A stretch of 64,000 bases of DNA from Antedon mediterranea (Eukaryota > Animalia > Echinodermata): the NCBI RefSeq assembly GCF_964355755.1, contig NC_092670.1, positions 19,082,795-19,146,794 of the forward strand, written 5' to 3'. How positions within the stretch are numbered: position 1 is the first letter of the stretch; the number at the start of each line of letters is the position of its first letter. The notes beneath the pieces were generated by a model that saw nothing but the letters and a program-made list of their open reading frames with translations, made no database searches and had not been told where the DNA came from. The translations under genes were made by a program, and so were the position numbers. This document shows, in pieces, positions 25,039-38,200 of this stretch.

Positions 25039-26006
25039 GCTCATGCAGACATTTCGAAGATTTCTTAATTCATTGAAAATACACTAAAATGATGTATATA
25101 CAGTTTTAATATATTTAGGTTAATCCTTCTGGTTTACTATATTGTTAAATACCAAACTACATTCACTGCGATATTGCCCCTTGACAGTCTACTCTCGGGG
25201 TGGGGGAATTCAATAAACATCCCAAAACATTGGAATCTTGTATGCATGTCAGAAAGGTAAATTGTGTTGAATTCCATTCTAGATGAATTTGTATCAAACA
25301 CTATTGATTTTACGCCACATTTACACCATAAAATACGGGGTTACAATATTATAAACCTCTCTATTCTCTGAAAACACCATTTTTAGGGAAATTCACAAAG
25401 TTCCATTTTAGATTCAGTTTGTAGGTTTATGATTTACATATGAAATAGCGGTAATATAATGTATGTACTGTACTCTGAACAACAACTCTATACAATTATT
25501 ATATGTTCAAGAGCTAAAGGTTTATTACAGTAAGATAGCATTTTTAAAGATAATAAGGTTAGTTCATTCTTTATTGATAAAAAATATTGAAAATCTCGGT
25601 TCATGATCAGCTTTTGAAATTTTCCTTTTTACTACTGTAGTTGTGATGTTATGTCTTTGTATACAACAATAATATAGTAAACGAAGACGATAGTTTGGTT
25701 GTAGTTTATTGTAGCTCAGAATAGCATTACATTGCATTGTATATAGACATTAGTAATCATTAATACGCCAGGTATGTGGTAATCATGGCTATGAGGATAG
25801 CTAGCCTAGATACCAGTAAGTACCTGTAAGTTCAATCACTTGTAAAATGTAATAGGCCTATAATAACACTAGTATCACTATTTCTATACTTTCACCTATC
25901 TTTCAACAAATGTTTCTAGTAGGATCATTTCATTTTTCTTTCTGTTCATTCGAAATTGTTTATTATAATACTTTCAGATCCAGTAATAATATAGGCAGGT
26001 TTAACA

Positions 26007-28047
26007 ATGTCGTCTCGGTAAGGTTTTTGTCTTTTTTGGTTACCCGGCCGGTAACGGATATTTATATTAAGGCAGTTGCGTCATTGACACGATTTATATT
26101 TCTAAATATTAAGCATGTCGATATTTTATATTAAATCAACTGTAAGATTGTTCGGTTATTACATTGACATTTGCTTATTGTAGACTTAAAATACATTTTC
26201 AGAAGAATATCTGTTCACTAATGAACTATAGTGTAGGCCTAGTATTTACGAAATAAACGAAAGAAAAAGGTATTTTATTTTGTCAATAGAAATTCAGTAG
26301 TAAAGCGTTTTGAAAGTGGCTTTGGAGAGGTACCAAAAAAGCGTGGAAAGAATAAGCAAATTGTAGCAACTTTTGTTAGTCTGGTATTCATGGCTTATTC
26401 ATTTTTGGTGTGGATGGCAGTTCCACTGGAAACGCTGGTTGATGATGATTTATACTTGCTATGCATGTACAACTCTGTATTTGCTCTACCTATGGTGTTT
26501 TTCGGTGCCATAACTACAAAATTTGTTTTGTGCATTTTTGTGTTGGTCGAGGAATATAAGCACATACGAAGTCGTCACAATAACTCAATCCTCCTGCTGT
26601 TTAAGAATTGTTTTCAAGTATTTTTGACGAAAACATTTGTCATGGGTTCTGTAGCCTTAATTGCTGTTGTGCTTTGGATGAGAAGTGACAATAAAGATCG
26701 TTTTGATAATCACTGGTCGACCAATCGCCTGAACGTCATAACACCAGTCGGTGTGTCAATAATTACAAACTACATGTTTGACTTTAAGGTATGTATTTAA
26801 ATTACTGGTTTCAGAATATTCTCTCTACAAAAGTCATCAAGTTAATAAGTTATTTGATTGATTGTGTTTATGAATTTCACAGACACTGTCAGTGGTTGAG
26901 GTCAGTGAAATCCATGAATCTAGTAACATCAATGTCACACAGGGTCTTGCATGGAGTTATTTTACTGGATTTTTGGAAATCATATTAAAAGGTTCACACA
27001 TCATTTATAGTACACTGTATTTTTTAAATATATTATGGTTCGGTCTTGGCTAATCTATTCATATTTCGAATTCCTGAATTAAGTGTAGCTTTTTATAGGC
27101 CAGCTACTTTATTTTAAAAAATGTGTTAAATATTGTTTTATAGACGGGTTTACGATACTAGGGTTTCCATAATAAATAGTTATAACAATAATTTTATCAG
27201 ATCTTAAAGGAACTATAGAGAAGGATGAAAGATGGAAACAAGAATTGGAAAATAAAAGGTTAAAATGCGTATTCAATTGTATTGTTCCTTTGAACTGCAA
27301 AGTGCCTTCTTTGCTTGGGGAGAGTGAAAGACATGAAGGCATTACATTTGAGAGTAACTTGCCGCCTGTGCTCAAAGATCGTGCTGGTGTTAAAAGAAAG
27401 TACACTATTTCAGTCTACAAAATTGACGATGGAAAAGGAAGAGTAAGTATTCATACCTATTAGATTTTATATTATTGGATGTGCCCTCTCTTCGCATTCT
27501 CAAAATCGTTCATTTTTCTATAACCTGTCACATAGACTTAATGTGCCCGACTTGTGATCCCGTCTCAGTACTGTAAGAAGTTCAAAGTTGATCATAATAA
27601 TAATATTATCTTTTTAAAGTCACGCTTTGTCATTTGTGAATATGTTCCAGATGTCTAAGTTTACTAATCTTGACAAAAAGAAACGTGAAGAGCAATGCCG
27701 CCTATTTGTCAGGAATCAGGAATTCAGGAATTAATTGATGACGAATATAAAGAAAAGTTTGTGATTGTAACTTTGTCAGGTGAGCTTAATATTGTTCTAC
27801 CATAAGGATGGAAAAGGGGAAACCATCCACGGATGTTTGCCTGCCCGAGATCCGTAAATACGTCTTTTTAGCAATTTGACAAAAAACAAAAACGTGCACA
27901 TTTTATTCATTATTGATATTATCCTTTGAAATTTTATGATTGTCATTTTACTTTTTAGGTGAAGATGATCACCTTTTGAGAGATGCTGTTTTTGACAAAT
28001 TTGGAGAAGATCGACTTCAAATTCCCAGTAGAGAAACAGATGTATGA
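26007..28047 (+). pseudogene. STING1: STING-like copy 6 (subtype A-like), disrupted in exon 5; exons 26007-26017, 26290-26788, 26883-26991, 27201-27442, 27620-27779, 27959-28047
   Basis: MSSR|NSVVKRFESGFGEVPKKRG, NVTQGLAWSYFTGFLEII, KDRAGVKRKYTISVYKI. A 20-nt deletion in EYVTIIDTLF gives TAA at 27656-27658, and there is a second indel at ~27715. Tail GEDDHLLRDAVFDKFGEDRLQIPSRETDV*. Confidence 0.82.
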
Positions 28048-29244
28048 TGACAGGTGTACTGCTGTGACTGATTCACTTAATTTACACTACAGTGGATACC
28101 TGACCACAAAAACATCCTACAATTACTACAAGAAACTTTTGTTACACCGATGCAAAATTCTGAAACAAGTCACCTAAATGTTTTGAAGACTAGCTTGTGA
28201 AGATTACATCGAAATAACAGGGTGTAACAAAAGTGCGATCTTCGGAATAAACTTGATATGTGTTTGAACTTTCCTTTTATGTTTTTTCTTATGTAATATA
28301 TACCAATAAATAAATATTAATTAACTTACGTAAAATACTTTATTTAAACTTAAATGGAAACTGCTCGACACAAAGTGTGATTGGTACCATAGCCGGACGA
28401 CCTACCACTGTATGATTTCTATCGTCTGCAATATACGTTTTAAATCTTAGCCATTAGCCGCTATAGAAAGGTGTACTGTACTATGCCTACGAATAATTTT
28501 CCATTGTTTAAATGCTTCCTTTCATCATGTATGAGTACAATTTGCATTTTTGAATAAATTAAATAATCTTTAAACTTGTTTCATTTACGTACATAATGTA
28601 TAGTATACCAAACTAGTTGGGCCTTTAATTTACAGTAATTTATTTGTTTTAGGCCTATGTGTTATATAGTAAAAAGTGCCTGTTTGATCCGCCCATGGTT
28701 TGCATTATGAGCTCATTTCCTACTGTACCGACGACATTATATGTGGACCACTGTGAACTGAAGAATATTTCAACGATTATTTGCAATTTTCATATAAATA
28801 TCTAATAAAATCCCACTAGTTAAAAGCCTCAGCTGTACTACTGGTATAGTGGTACTTTACCTATCAGAATTCAATAATCATTGAGTATTGTAGACTTTCA
28901 TACAGACGTACTGTGCCTGAAAAATCAACCATACTCAATCTGCCAATTTAGTCTATTTTATGTACCTGAAAAATGAGTTAATAAACGAAAACAAACACAT
29001 TGTGCTCGAGATGTTGGTTAGGACGCCACCTGTCGGTAAATATAAATTTCTCAATTTCTGACGTACGACAAAATCGACGTAGCCAAAGGAGGTTCTTAAC
29101 TTTTTTAATGAACGTGTTTTCTTCATTGCTAAAATTCTGTAACAACTCAGTTATAAAATTTATAAATTCGTAGACGTCATTCTTAGTGATGTTCTGTTCA
29201 TTTGGAACATACTCGTGATATTTGGTTATCTTTAAAGCAAAAAA

Positions 29245-32200
29245 ATGGTAAGCAAAAATGTGTGTGTTCGACTGGGTGGTTTTTACATCACATGAGGAAG
29301 AGCATGGGTAGGAAGCTCGGAAAATGGGAGGAGCCGTTCATCCGTCCTGGCGAGCTAGCTTGGCCAACGTGCTTGTCAAGGATCCATTTCGGCCTGGCCT
29401 TGAGCAATTGTCTACACTCCCTTCAACGACCAAGAAAGTAAAACTATTTGGCCCTTTAATTTACAGTAATTTATTTGTTTTATGTATTTATATTATAACA
29501 ATGACGAGCAGATGAGACTTTCTGGGTTTTTTAATTAAGATAGACAACATAAAAATTAAAATGTGTATTTGATTTTTGAATGATTTGCACAATTTTAAAA
29601 CCAAGAATTTCAAGTTTAAATTGTGCAAGGAAAATCCATGTGCAATTTCAAATTGTAGAAATCGTTGAATTGTAATTGTATCCTATTCCTGTTTTATGCG
29701 CAATTTCCGCAATTAAATAATTTCCTTGCGCAAATTGTGTATTGATTCCCTTGTTGGACAATTTGAAATTGCACTGAGCATTTTGAATGCAAAATAACAC
29801 GGAAACATAGTACGCATAAAAGGCGAAGCCCTGCCGTAGTGACATATTCCAGTTGCACAACCTCGGCATCGTTATGTTAGCTCATCACCTATTTTTAAAA
29901 TTGTTCAAGTTTTACAATACATTTAAAATTATCGTGCTGGCGTTGGCCTGTGAATTTTATTCCGAGTCGGGCGCATTAACAGATAATATTATTGACTCTA
30001 ATTTTGTTTAAAGTTCAATTTATAAATGTAGCATTATATAAAACAACAATAATAACCTAAACTAAATAGAATAATAATTAATACTTTTGTGTACACTACA
30101 GGCTACAGACGCAGACTCATTGCTAGCTTTGGAAGGATTAATGAATGAATTCTTTGCACCAACTACAACGAACATAAGGAAACGTGAAATAGGTACAGTT
30201 AACCATTAATATCCTTTAAAAAATCATAGTGGTACTATAGTTGTCTTTTTACCATAAAGAAATAATATGTCAATCAATGTACAGCACTTTATATTATTAC
30301 ACTGGTCATTGGCAATGACATTGGATCAAATACGTACAGAGCTCTCCATATAATTATGTAGCTATTAATCATCAGGTATCCATTTACAACTAGTTGGAGC
30401 GAGGCAAATGTAGGTAAAGTTTCTTTCTTAAGAACACAAGCAATACTGTAAGTCTAGCGTTGGTCGTAAACTCCTGTTTCCGCCATCAGAACGCCTAACG
30501 CACTCCACTACATGCCCTTACAATACATTTTTAAATATTTTGATCTCTTCGCCCTGATTATAAATAGTATAGTAGTGAAATAAGTGAAATCCCAATTGTG
30601 GACAAGTCATAACTAACATCTTCTTTCATGGTACAGTAATTATATGAGGAGGAACAAGAGTTGCATAACTTTTTACTCCTAGATAAATAATGTAAATGTT
30701 GTACCGTACAGTATCATGTAAGTCTGCTGAACAAGTACCACTGCTAAGAAGTGTCTTTGTTCAAATATATTATTGTTATTAGTGTATAATGCTTCTTTTT
30801 GACAAAATTATAACCTTTCTGTATTATTTTAAAACATATTCATTGTGTGGTTTTTTGTTTTGTTATGTTACTGTATTCAAATAAGGAAGTACTAGTAGGT
30901 ATTGAATATTACCAATCCAAATAAATATTTTAAATTTTGTTTCTTTTATAGAAGAGCTATTGAACAATTTCAGTGCTCAAACGGGAGCATGGCGTCATTG
31001 CTTTTATTTCCTGACGCACTCACAAAACGAGTATGTAATGATGTATGCATTGAGTGTATTTGAGGTAAGCTTACTATGCTTAATAGAATAAATAAATGAA
31101 TGGGGGAAAAACCCAATTGTTTGACTGTCATCCATTGTGGGTGCTATACATATCAATTTTAAAATATGGCCATTAAAACTTAGTTATTTAATCTCAATTT
31201 TTAATTAATTGTCGATATTGTTAATGCTGTCTACAGATACATTTCTTGAAACTATTAACCTGCTGTATGCATTATGATTCTGCCAAAATGTTTGAAGGAA
31301 TTAAGAGAAAGAAGAGCATGTCTCAAAATGCACACACTGATTTGAATTAACAGTAACTACAGTCGACTCCACCCAAGTCAAATCTAATGGGACTGGTATA
31401 AAAATTTGAGTTATAATGCGAACTTCGACTTACAGATTTGTAAAAAAAATGCTAGGCCTAGATCTACTGTAGGGTTCACTCACTAGCCGCTCTACGGCTA
31501 GGCTAGTAGACCCTGTCGCGATCGCGGCCCACACTATGAGCCTTCTTGAATTGAGTTTGCTTAGCTAGCTAGGCCTAAAAAATGCTAAGCCTCCTTTATA
31601 GGCCGTAGCAATAAGAAAACGTAAAATTATAATAATTATTAGAAATCTGTCTAGCACAAAATGGGTACCCACAAAACGCCGCTCAAGTACTTAACGCTAA
31701 AACAACTCACAGATATTATACTACTAACCTGCTTGAGAGAACCGATATGGTCCCACATTATAACCTCTGTCATTTGTTTATCAAATTTAGCGTGTTGTTG
31801 CCGCGTTTGTGACTTCGACTTATACGATATAAATCACTAAAGAATGTGTGTATTTGGACCGCAAAAAGACGTCGACTTAGACGAATTTCAACTTAGAAAA
31901 ATTTGACTTACAAATAAAAATTACACAGTAATGGATAGGAAAGAATTGGGACTTTCATAAAAATTTGACTTTCCCGATTTTTCGACTTATGCGAATTCGA
32001 CTTAGGCGGAGTCGACTGTAGTTACTACCGGTAGGTCATTGCAAATCAACTGTTAGTGTACCACCACACCCAAATTGTAGAAGGACCTATGCTATTTTAT
32101 TTAGTGTTAATGTACAGTACTTGTATAGTTTACTGTATTTTCCCTAGTAAATATTCTGTTTAAATTTGTCATGGTATTTCAAGAATTTCGATTTCCTTTA

Positions 32201-35200
32201 ATGTCATTAGTAAGTCCCTTGAAAGTTTAAAAACATTAAAGCTGTTTTGGAGTCAAATTACATTGTGTGTGGGTTGGAATTTATATATAATAATTAATTC
32301 AGAATTAAAATATTTATGCCGGTTATTTAACCTGATATTTTTATACAGTACTATTTTTGTAAAGATAATTAAAAATAACCCTTTTAAACTGTTGGAATGC
32401 AAAGTCACAACATAATACATTTTTTATATTCTGACTTGATCTCCATATACAATTGTTAACAAAATGTGTATTTACATCTTGATCTACCCACTCTGTATGT
32501 GGTATGTTAATGGCACTCACTCGGATTTCATATTTTATAGCCAATATTATAAACAGGCTGCTTAATGGATTTTAATTTTATTATTAATATACAGTATTTT
32601 TATTATACTATTAACATAAATATGATTATGTAAATGAATACAAATATATATATGTATACTATGTATATATAACTAGTATACAATAAATAAATAAATAACT
32701 TTTAATCAGGCTGAGCAATATAAAATCTTTTTTTACATTTTTCATAATGTTTGCAATTATTAATAATTTATTGAATTATATATTTTATTCCTGTAAACAT
32801 ACCCATTTACTGTATCTGCCAAATTGTGCTGTAGAAATAATGATGGTATCATTAAATTCTATTATTAATATCTAAAGCAAATTTTCCCTACTTTTTTTTA
32901 CATAGAAATGAATAAATGATTGTATGTATACAATAACCTTTTTCAGTAAGTCTTCCCTTAGTATGCCTGTCAATATATATATTTAGGTAAGCATTCATTG
33001 CAAGCATAATAAACTACAGTTTAGAACTTTTTGTGATCCAACAAAATGTCCTCTTAATAAGGTGTCCACTAAATAGGAGTTGGCCATACAGTAGTGTTAA
33101 CAATTATATTTCCCCTCGTTTATTTCACAATTGTCCCCTTAATATGTGTCCCAAAGAAGGGATTCTTTATTTCTAGTTTACTTTTATAGTCTATTTTCTA
33201 TTTCACAATTTTTGTTCTCAGAATGTGATAAACCGTCAGTGGATTGGAATCCAAGGTGGAGACAAGATTCAGATACGAAATGGATTGTCCAAGTTTTTAC
33301 TGTCGCATCACAAAGTCATTCCGAGTTCCATCCGTAACAAATTGATCAAAGTTATTGTGTGCATTGCAAGGCTTGATTGGCCGCACTTTTATCCAGACTT
33401 CTTTAGTAATATCTTACAGGTTAGTGTTATAGTACTACTGCAATGTTGCATTTCGAGATTAAAAAATTACTGATGTACTGTAGATTACAAAGTGTTATAA
33501 AGTAGTTTTTCTCGCTCTATATAAATATTTTGTTAATAGTAGTGTATATCATGGAGATGAATCTAAGATAAGCTTATTATTGCTTCAATGTATCTGAGGC
33601 CTGTACTGTACCAGCACACTTGGTAGCCCCTATTCTTCCAAAAGATGCACTGGACAAGACAAGAAAGAAAGATTTTATCAAAGAAGGCTTGGGGGAATGT
33701 CTTAAACCCAACGTTATTGTTTTCTTGCAGTTGATTCAGCAATCACAAACAGCTGCTCTAGGCCTGATGCTTCTTCACACGACGTCAGAAGAATTGGCAG
33801 CTCCAAGGGAAGACTTAAGTGCCTCCAGGAAAGAGGAATTGAACAGATTACTACAGGATCAGGTTCCCACCGTATTGAACATCATTACACGTAAGTTACT
33901 ATTGAATTTAAATATTTTATTTATACTGGGCGTCCACAAAGACTGGTCTCCCAGAGAGCCCAGTTATGATCAGTGGCTGTGATGTACACCAGGGTAACCT
34001 CCTACTCGTCTCGAAAGATGTACTAGGTTCTTTAAAGTGCACATGAGCTGGATGTGTACACTGAACCTACGATTTATAGTCCTTATCCGAGAAGACTTGT
34101 TCTACCACCAGAACCATGGAGCAAATGAGCCTTGAACCCTTGCCGTTGTTATGGCTATGTAATTACGGTCCCACTGTCTTGACCGCTCAGCCACTATCCA
34201 TAGAGTAACTGATGCATGATATGAACCATATCCACCATTAAGTTGAGATAACGATAGTCATACTTTTATTTCTCAGATATACTCGAAAGTATTTTAGATA
34301 AACACAGGCAACTTGTTATAACAGCAACACCGCCCCCATCACCTACACACGGTGATGATGACAGTCAGGATGCATTCACGAATAACATAGCTTATGGCAC
34401 ATCACCTCTGCAATCAGGTAAATTTAATTTGCTCAAAAGTTCTTTCATATATTTTACAGTATCCGTGTAGAATAAATTTCTCATAAGGATGGTTGTGACG
34501 GTATTGTGCCCAATGAAAGATGTATGCTACTGTATAAGTGATTACCATAGGAAGTGCATCACAATAAATTATATACAATACTTTTATATATAAATAAACA
34601 GTTATTTAATAAATCAATTATTAATGTATCTTCTTCTTTCAGGGAGTTCATTAATTAGGAATATATTTAACTCGCCTCAAACAAGTAAACAAAACTTACA
34701 ACCGCTGCCCCCACTTGATCAGGACAGTGAACATCTTAGTAACCTCGCCCTCCATTGTCTCGCACATCTATTCAGTTGGATCCCTCTATCATGCCACATC
34801 TCCACACGACTCCTAACCACCATCTTCCACTTTGCAAACTTTGGCTGTGATATACAGTCGGTACAAAGTGGAACATCGTCGTTCCGTCTAAATGATAGTT
34901 TTAGCTCAAGTGGAAGTTCGTCACTTGGTGTTCTGGCCATGTGTTGTATTAATGAGATTATGTCTAAGAACTGCATTCCAGCGGACTTTGAAGAGTTTCT
35001 ACTGAAGATGTTTCAGCAGTCTTTTCATTTATTACAAAGAATGACCAAAGATAACACTGCACAATCAGTAGGCAACAAGATTGAAGAATTAGATGAAAGG
35101 TATGATTGAACTTTTGTTGACAATAGAGAGCTTTCAATTATGACCTAAAGTAGAACTTATGAGGTACTACTTTCATGTTGAATTCCATTTTCCAATTTTT

Positions 35201-38200
35201 GCCGAGTCATCTGTCCCAAATTGGTCATTTCTAGGTCCAGGTTTATCACAAACTACTGTAGGCATGTTGACCTTTTTGTGGTCGTCATTTTACAGAATTG
35301 GGTGATAACTTTGACAAATTATTTGGTTCATTTACCCAATTCCTAGGTCTTTAAGGTCATTGCAAATCAAAAGCTCAGTAATGATAAAAGTGATGTAATT
35401 AAGATTTTAAGGAACAATTTGAAAATGCCTTACCCAAGGTTGCAACTGACTTACATTCATTAATTCAGTGCTGTATCCAGGAAGGGAGTGTTTTCAGGTT
35501 AAACTGAATTTACAGCAGGATTGCAAATCATTGGTGTGTCTCTGATCCTTGGTTTTGTGACTGGCATATTGTACTGTATGTATTATTTTTAATGTTAATT
35601 TTTATACATTTCTTATTACAGTTATGTAGAGAAATTTACAGAATTCCTGCGACTGTTCGTTAGCATTCATTTAAGGAGATTTGAAGGAAATTCACATTTT
35701 CCAATTTTAGAGTTTTTGTCATTACTCTACAAATACACTTTTAAACAGGTAAGCTGTACTGTATATCTGTTCATGATTATTTTAACCCAGAACTGCCAAG
35801 ATGCACTTCAGTGACTCTACCCAAGCAAAAGTTGTGCTACCTATGTTACAGTGCAACTATCTCACTCACAGTGCCAAGCCTACTGTATTAACTAACATTA
35901 ATATAAATCCTTTTTTGTAGGCTAATAACGAAGGCCTCTTTGCCTGCCTTGACATCTGGAACGTTTTCTTAGATTATTTAATTACGAGGAGTCATGCGAG
36001 GGCGCCAGATGCAAATGAAGTTGTTAATAGCTACAGTGAAGCATTGGAATCTTTGATGGAAGCACTTTTATTCAAGATTCAATTTCGGTGTAACCAAGTG
36101 CAACTAGAAGAGCTTGATGATGAAGTTGTAGATGATGACGTAAGCCCAAATTTCTTCCACCTATTCTATAGTTCATTTTGTGCTCCACTAGCGCCTACGT
36201 TAAAAAAATGGTAATTTAAAGCAAAAAATGGTCAACTTGGCTGCCAGCCAATGGATTTTTGGTTGAATTTAACCATTTATTATGTTATTAAGAGAAAACA
36301 TTTTTTTTTCTATGGAAGTGATTAAAACTACAAAATAACCTATTCAAAGTCTGATTTAAATATCTTCATTTTTCATGTTTTTTTTTAAATACTTCCTTCC
36401 AAAGATACTTTACTTTATTTCTTGAACTAAGTATGGTTTTTTTTTTTTGATGATTTATTGCAGGCTGAAACAGAGTGGCAACATTTCTTATGTAATTGTC
36501 TTGAAGTGGTTGCAAAGACAGCAGAATTACTTCCAAGGGTAGCATTCCAATACCTGGTAAGGGTTCATTTATGAGTATGTATCTTCATAAATGCTATCTG
36601 TGAAAACGCACTCAACAATGAACCATGACCTTTTATTTCGGTTTTTAGTTTCAGATCTTTCAGGAGAATTTAGATGTATACCTTGGACTGGGTGGATTTA
36701 TTATTGAATCTTCAGAAGGTAACGCAATTATTTTATTTATTTCTTAATTATCATTTTCCTTTTACTAGTTAACTTTAAAAATAACATAAATTTATTGTTG
36801 TTTGTAGGTCAGAAATTAAACATAACAGCTGAGAATGAGGTGAGACGATTGCATTGTAGTCTACGTGATTTATCAACCACGTTGCAAGCGTTAGGTAGGA
36901 TGTCTGAACACTTTACAACCGAAAACTTCCACCCAAGGTTCGACAATGCTTTACAATTAGTTGAAAAGTAAGTTATTTTCAAGTTTATTTGTTGTGTATC
37001 GGGTGTTAGCTCCTTTTCGTCCCAACGCAATGATAAACAAAATGGATTACAACACGCAAAAGTTAAAATTAAACTAACCTTTTACAAGGTTTTTTGCTAA
37101 TTTATGTAAATTAAAATGAGTAATTGTTGTTGCGTTTACAGATTCTGTGAGTTAAATAGTTTTAGTGGTAAAGCTCAATTATTCAAATTGAAAACTGCAA
37201 TACCTACAGTACTGAAACCAGAATTTATTCAAGTGTAAGTATAAAAAGCAAATGATCCAGTGCCCACATTGCAACCTTCCAACAGCTATCAGAATTGATG
37301 ATATTATGTTCAATTAGTGAAGTTCAAGTAAAGTAGTAGAACACGCCAAAAAATGTCCCCTTAAGACCATAGTGTTAAAACATTATATTTCCCCTCATTC
37401 ATTTCACAGGAAAGTGTCTTCTTAATAATGTCTCCTGAATAACAGTTTCCGCTGAATAGGCGTGTCCCAAGGGGGTGCTATTGTAAAAAAGAATATAGTA
37501 TCGTAATAGTTTAGGTATACATGAAATAGTGACATTAAATAATATATGGAATAATAGCTGAAAGATCCCAATGAAGCATTGCTAAAGACAATGCAGCAGA
37601 AGAAATGTACACACGTAATGAGTGATGTAACTTTCTATTTATAGACATGCAGAGTGTCTTGGAGCATTGCAAGCCTTCAATCAATGGCTAGCTCAGTTTT
37701 ATCTGGAAAGTAAACGCCAAGCAGGGGATAAATACCAACATCTATTCACACCCATAATTACCAAAACAATTGAATCTATTGTTCCACTGTTTACCAAACA
37801 GGTAAGACAATTACAGTATTCTTTTAGCTTACTGCTTATTTATACTATTGCTTATTCATTGTCCTCTTCAGATTCCCTTAAGTAGAATATCATTCCTAAG
37901 GCACACTTTTTAAACAGCATTTAGTATTTGTATTCATGCTAACAAAGTTTTTAAATTTCTTTACAGACACCGGAGAAGGTTCTCCTATCAGCATCGCATC
38001 TGTTTCTTTCAATTTCCAGTAGTGTCCGTCCACCATTCCTTGTTGAGTTACCGCTAGTGCAGAAGTTATTTACAGAAGTAAGCCAAGGTTTACTCAATGG
38101 AATGCCTATAGAGGTGAGACTTTTTCAGTCATTTGACATTCCTTTTTGTTCTCTTCTAGCCCACCTGTATAAGATATGATGTCATACCTCCATCTGCATT

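Noticed and set aside
1-28047. Bacterial CBASS/TIR-STING operon interpretation
   Set aside because: The genes are split by spliceosomal introns and lie beside XPO6 and MEI1; no CD-NTase, cGLR or TIR coding sequence was recognised in the window.
29300-29435. GC-richer block in XPO6 intron 1 as a possible structured ncRNA
   Set aside because: No recognisable boxes or convincing fold by eye; needs an Rfam search.
28620-29481. ~31-bp direct repeat (ctttaatttacagtaatttatttgtttta) flanking the XPO6 promoter and first exon
   Set aside because: Short and AT-rich with no element ends; insufficient to infer an insertion or function.
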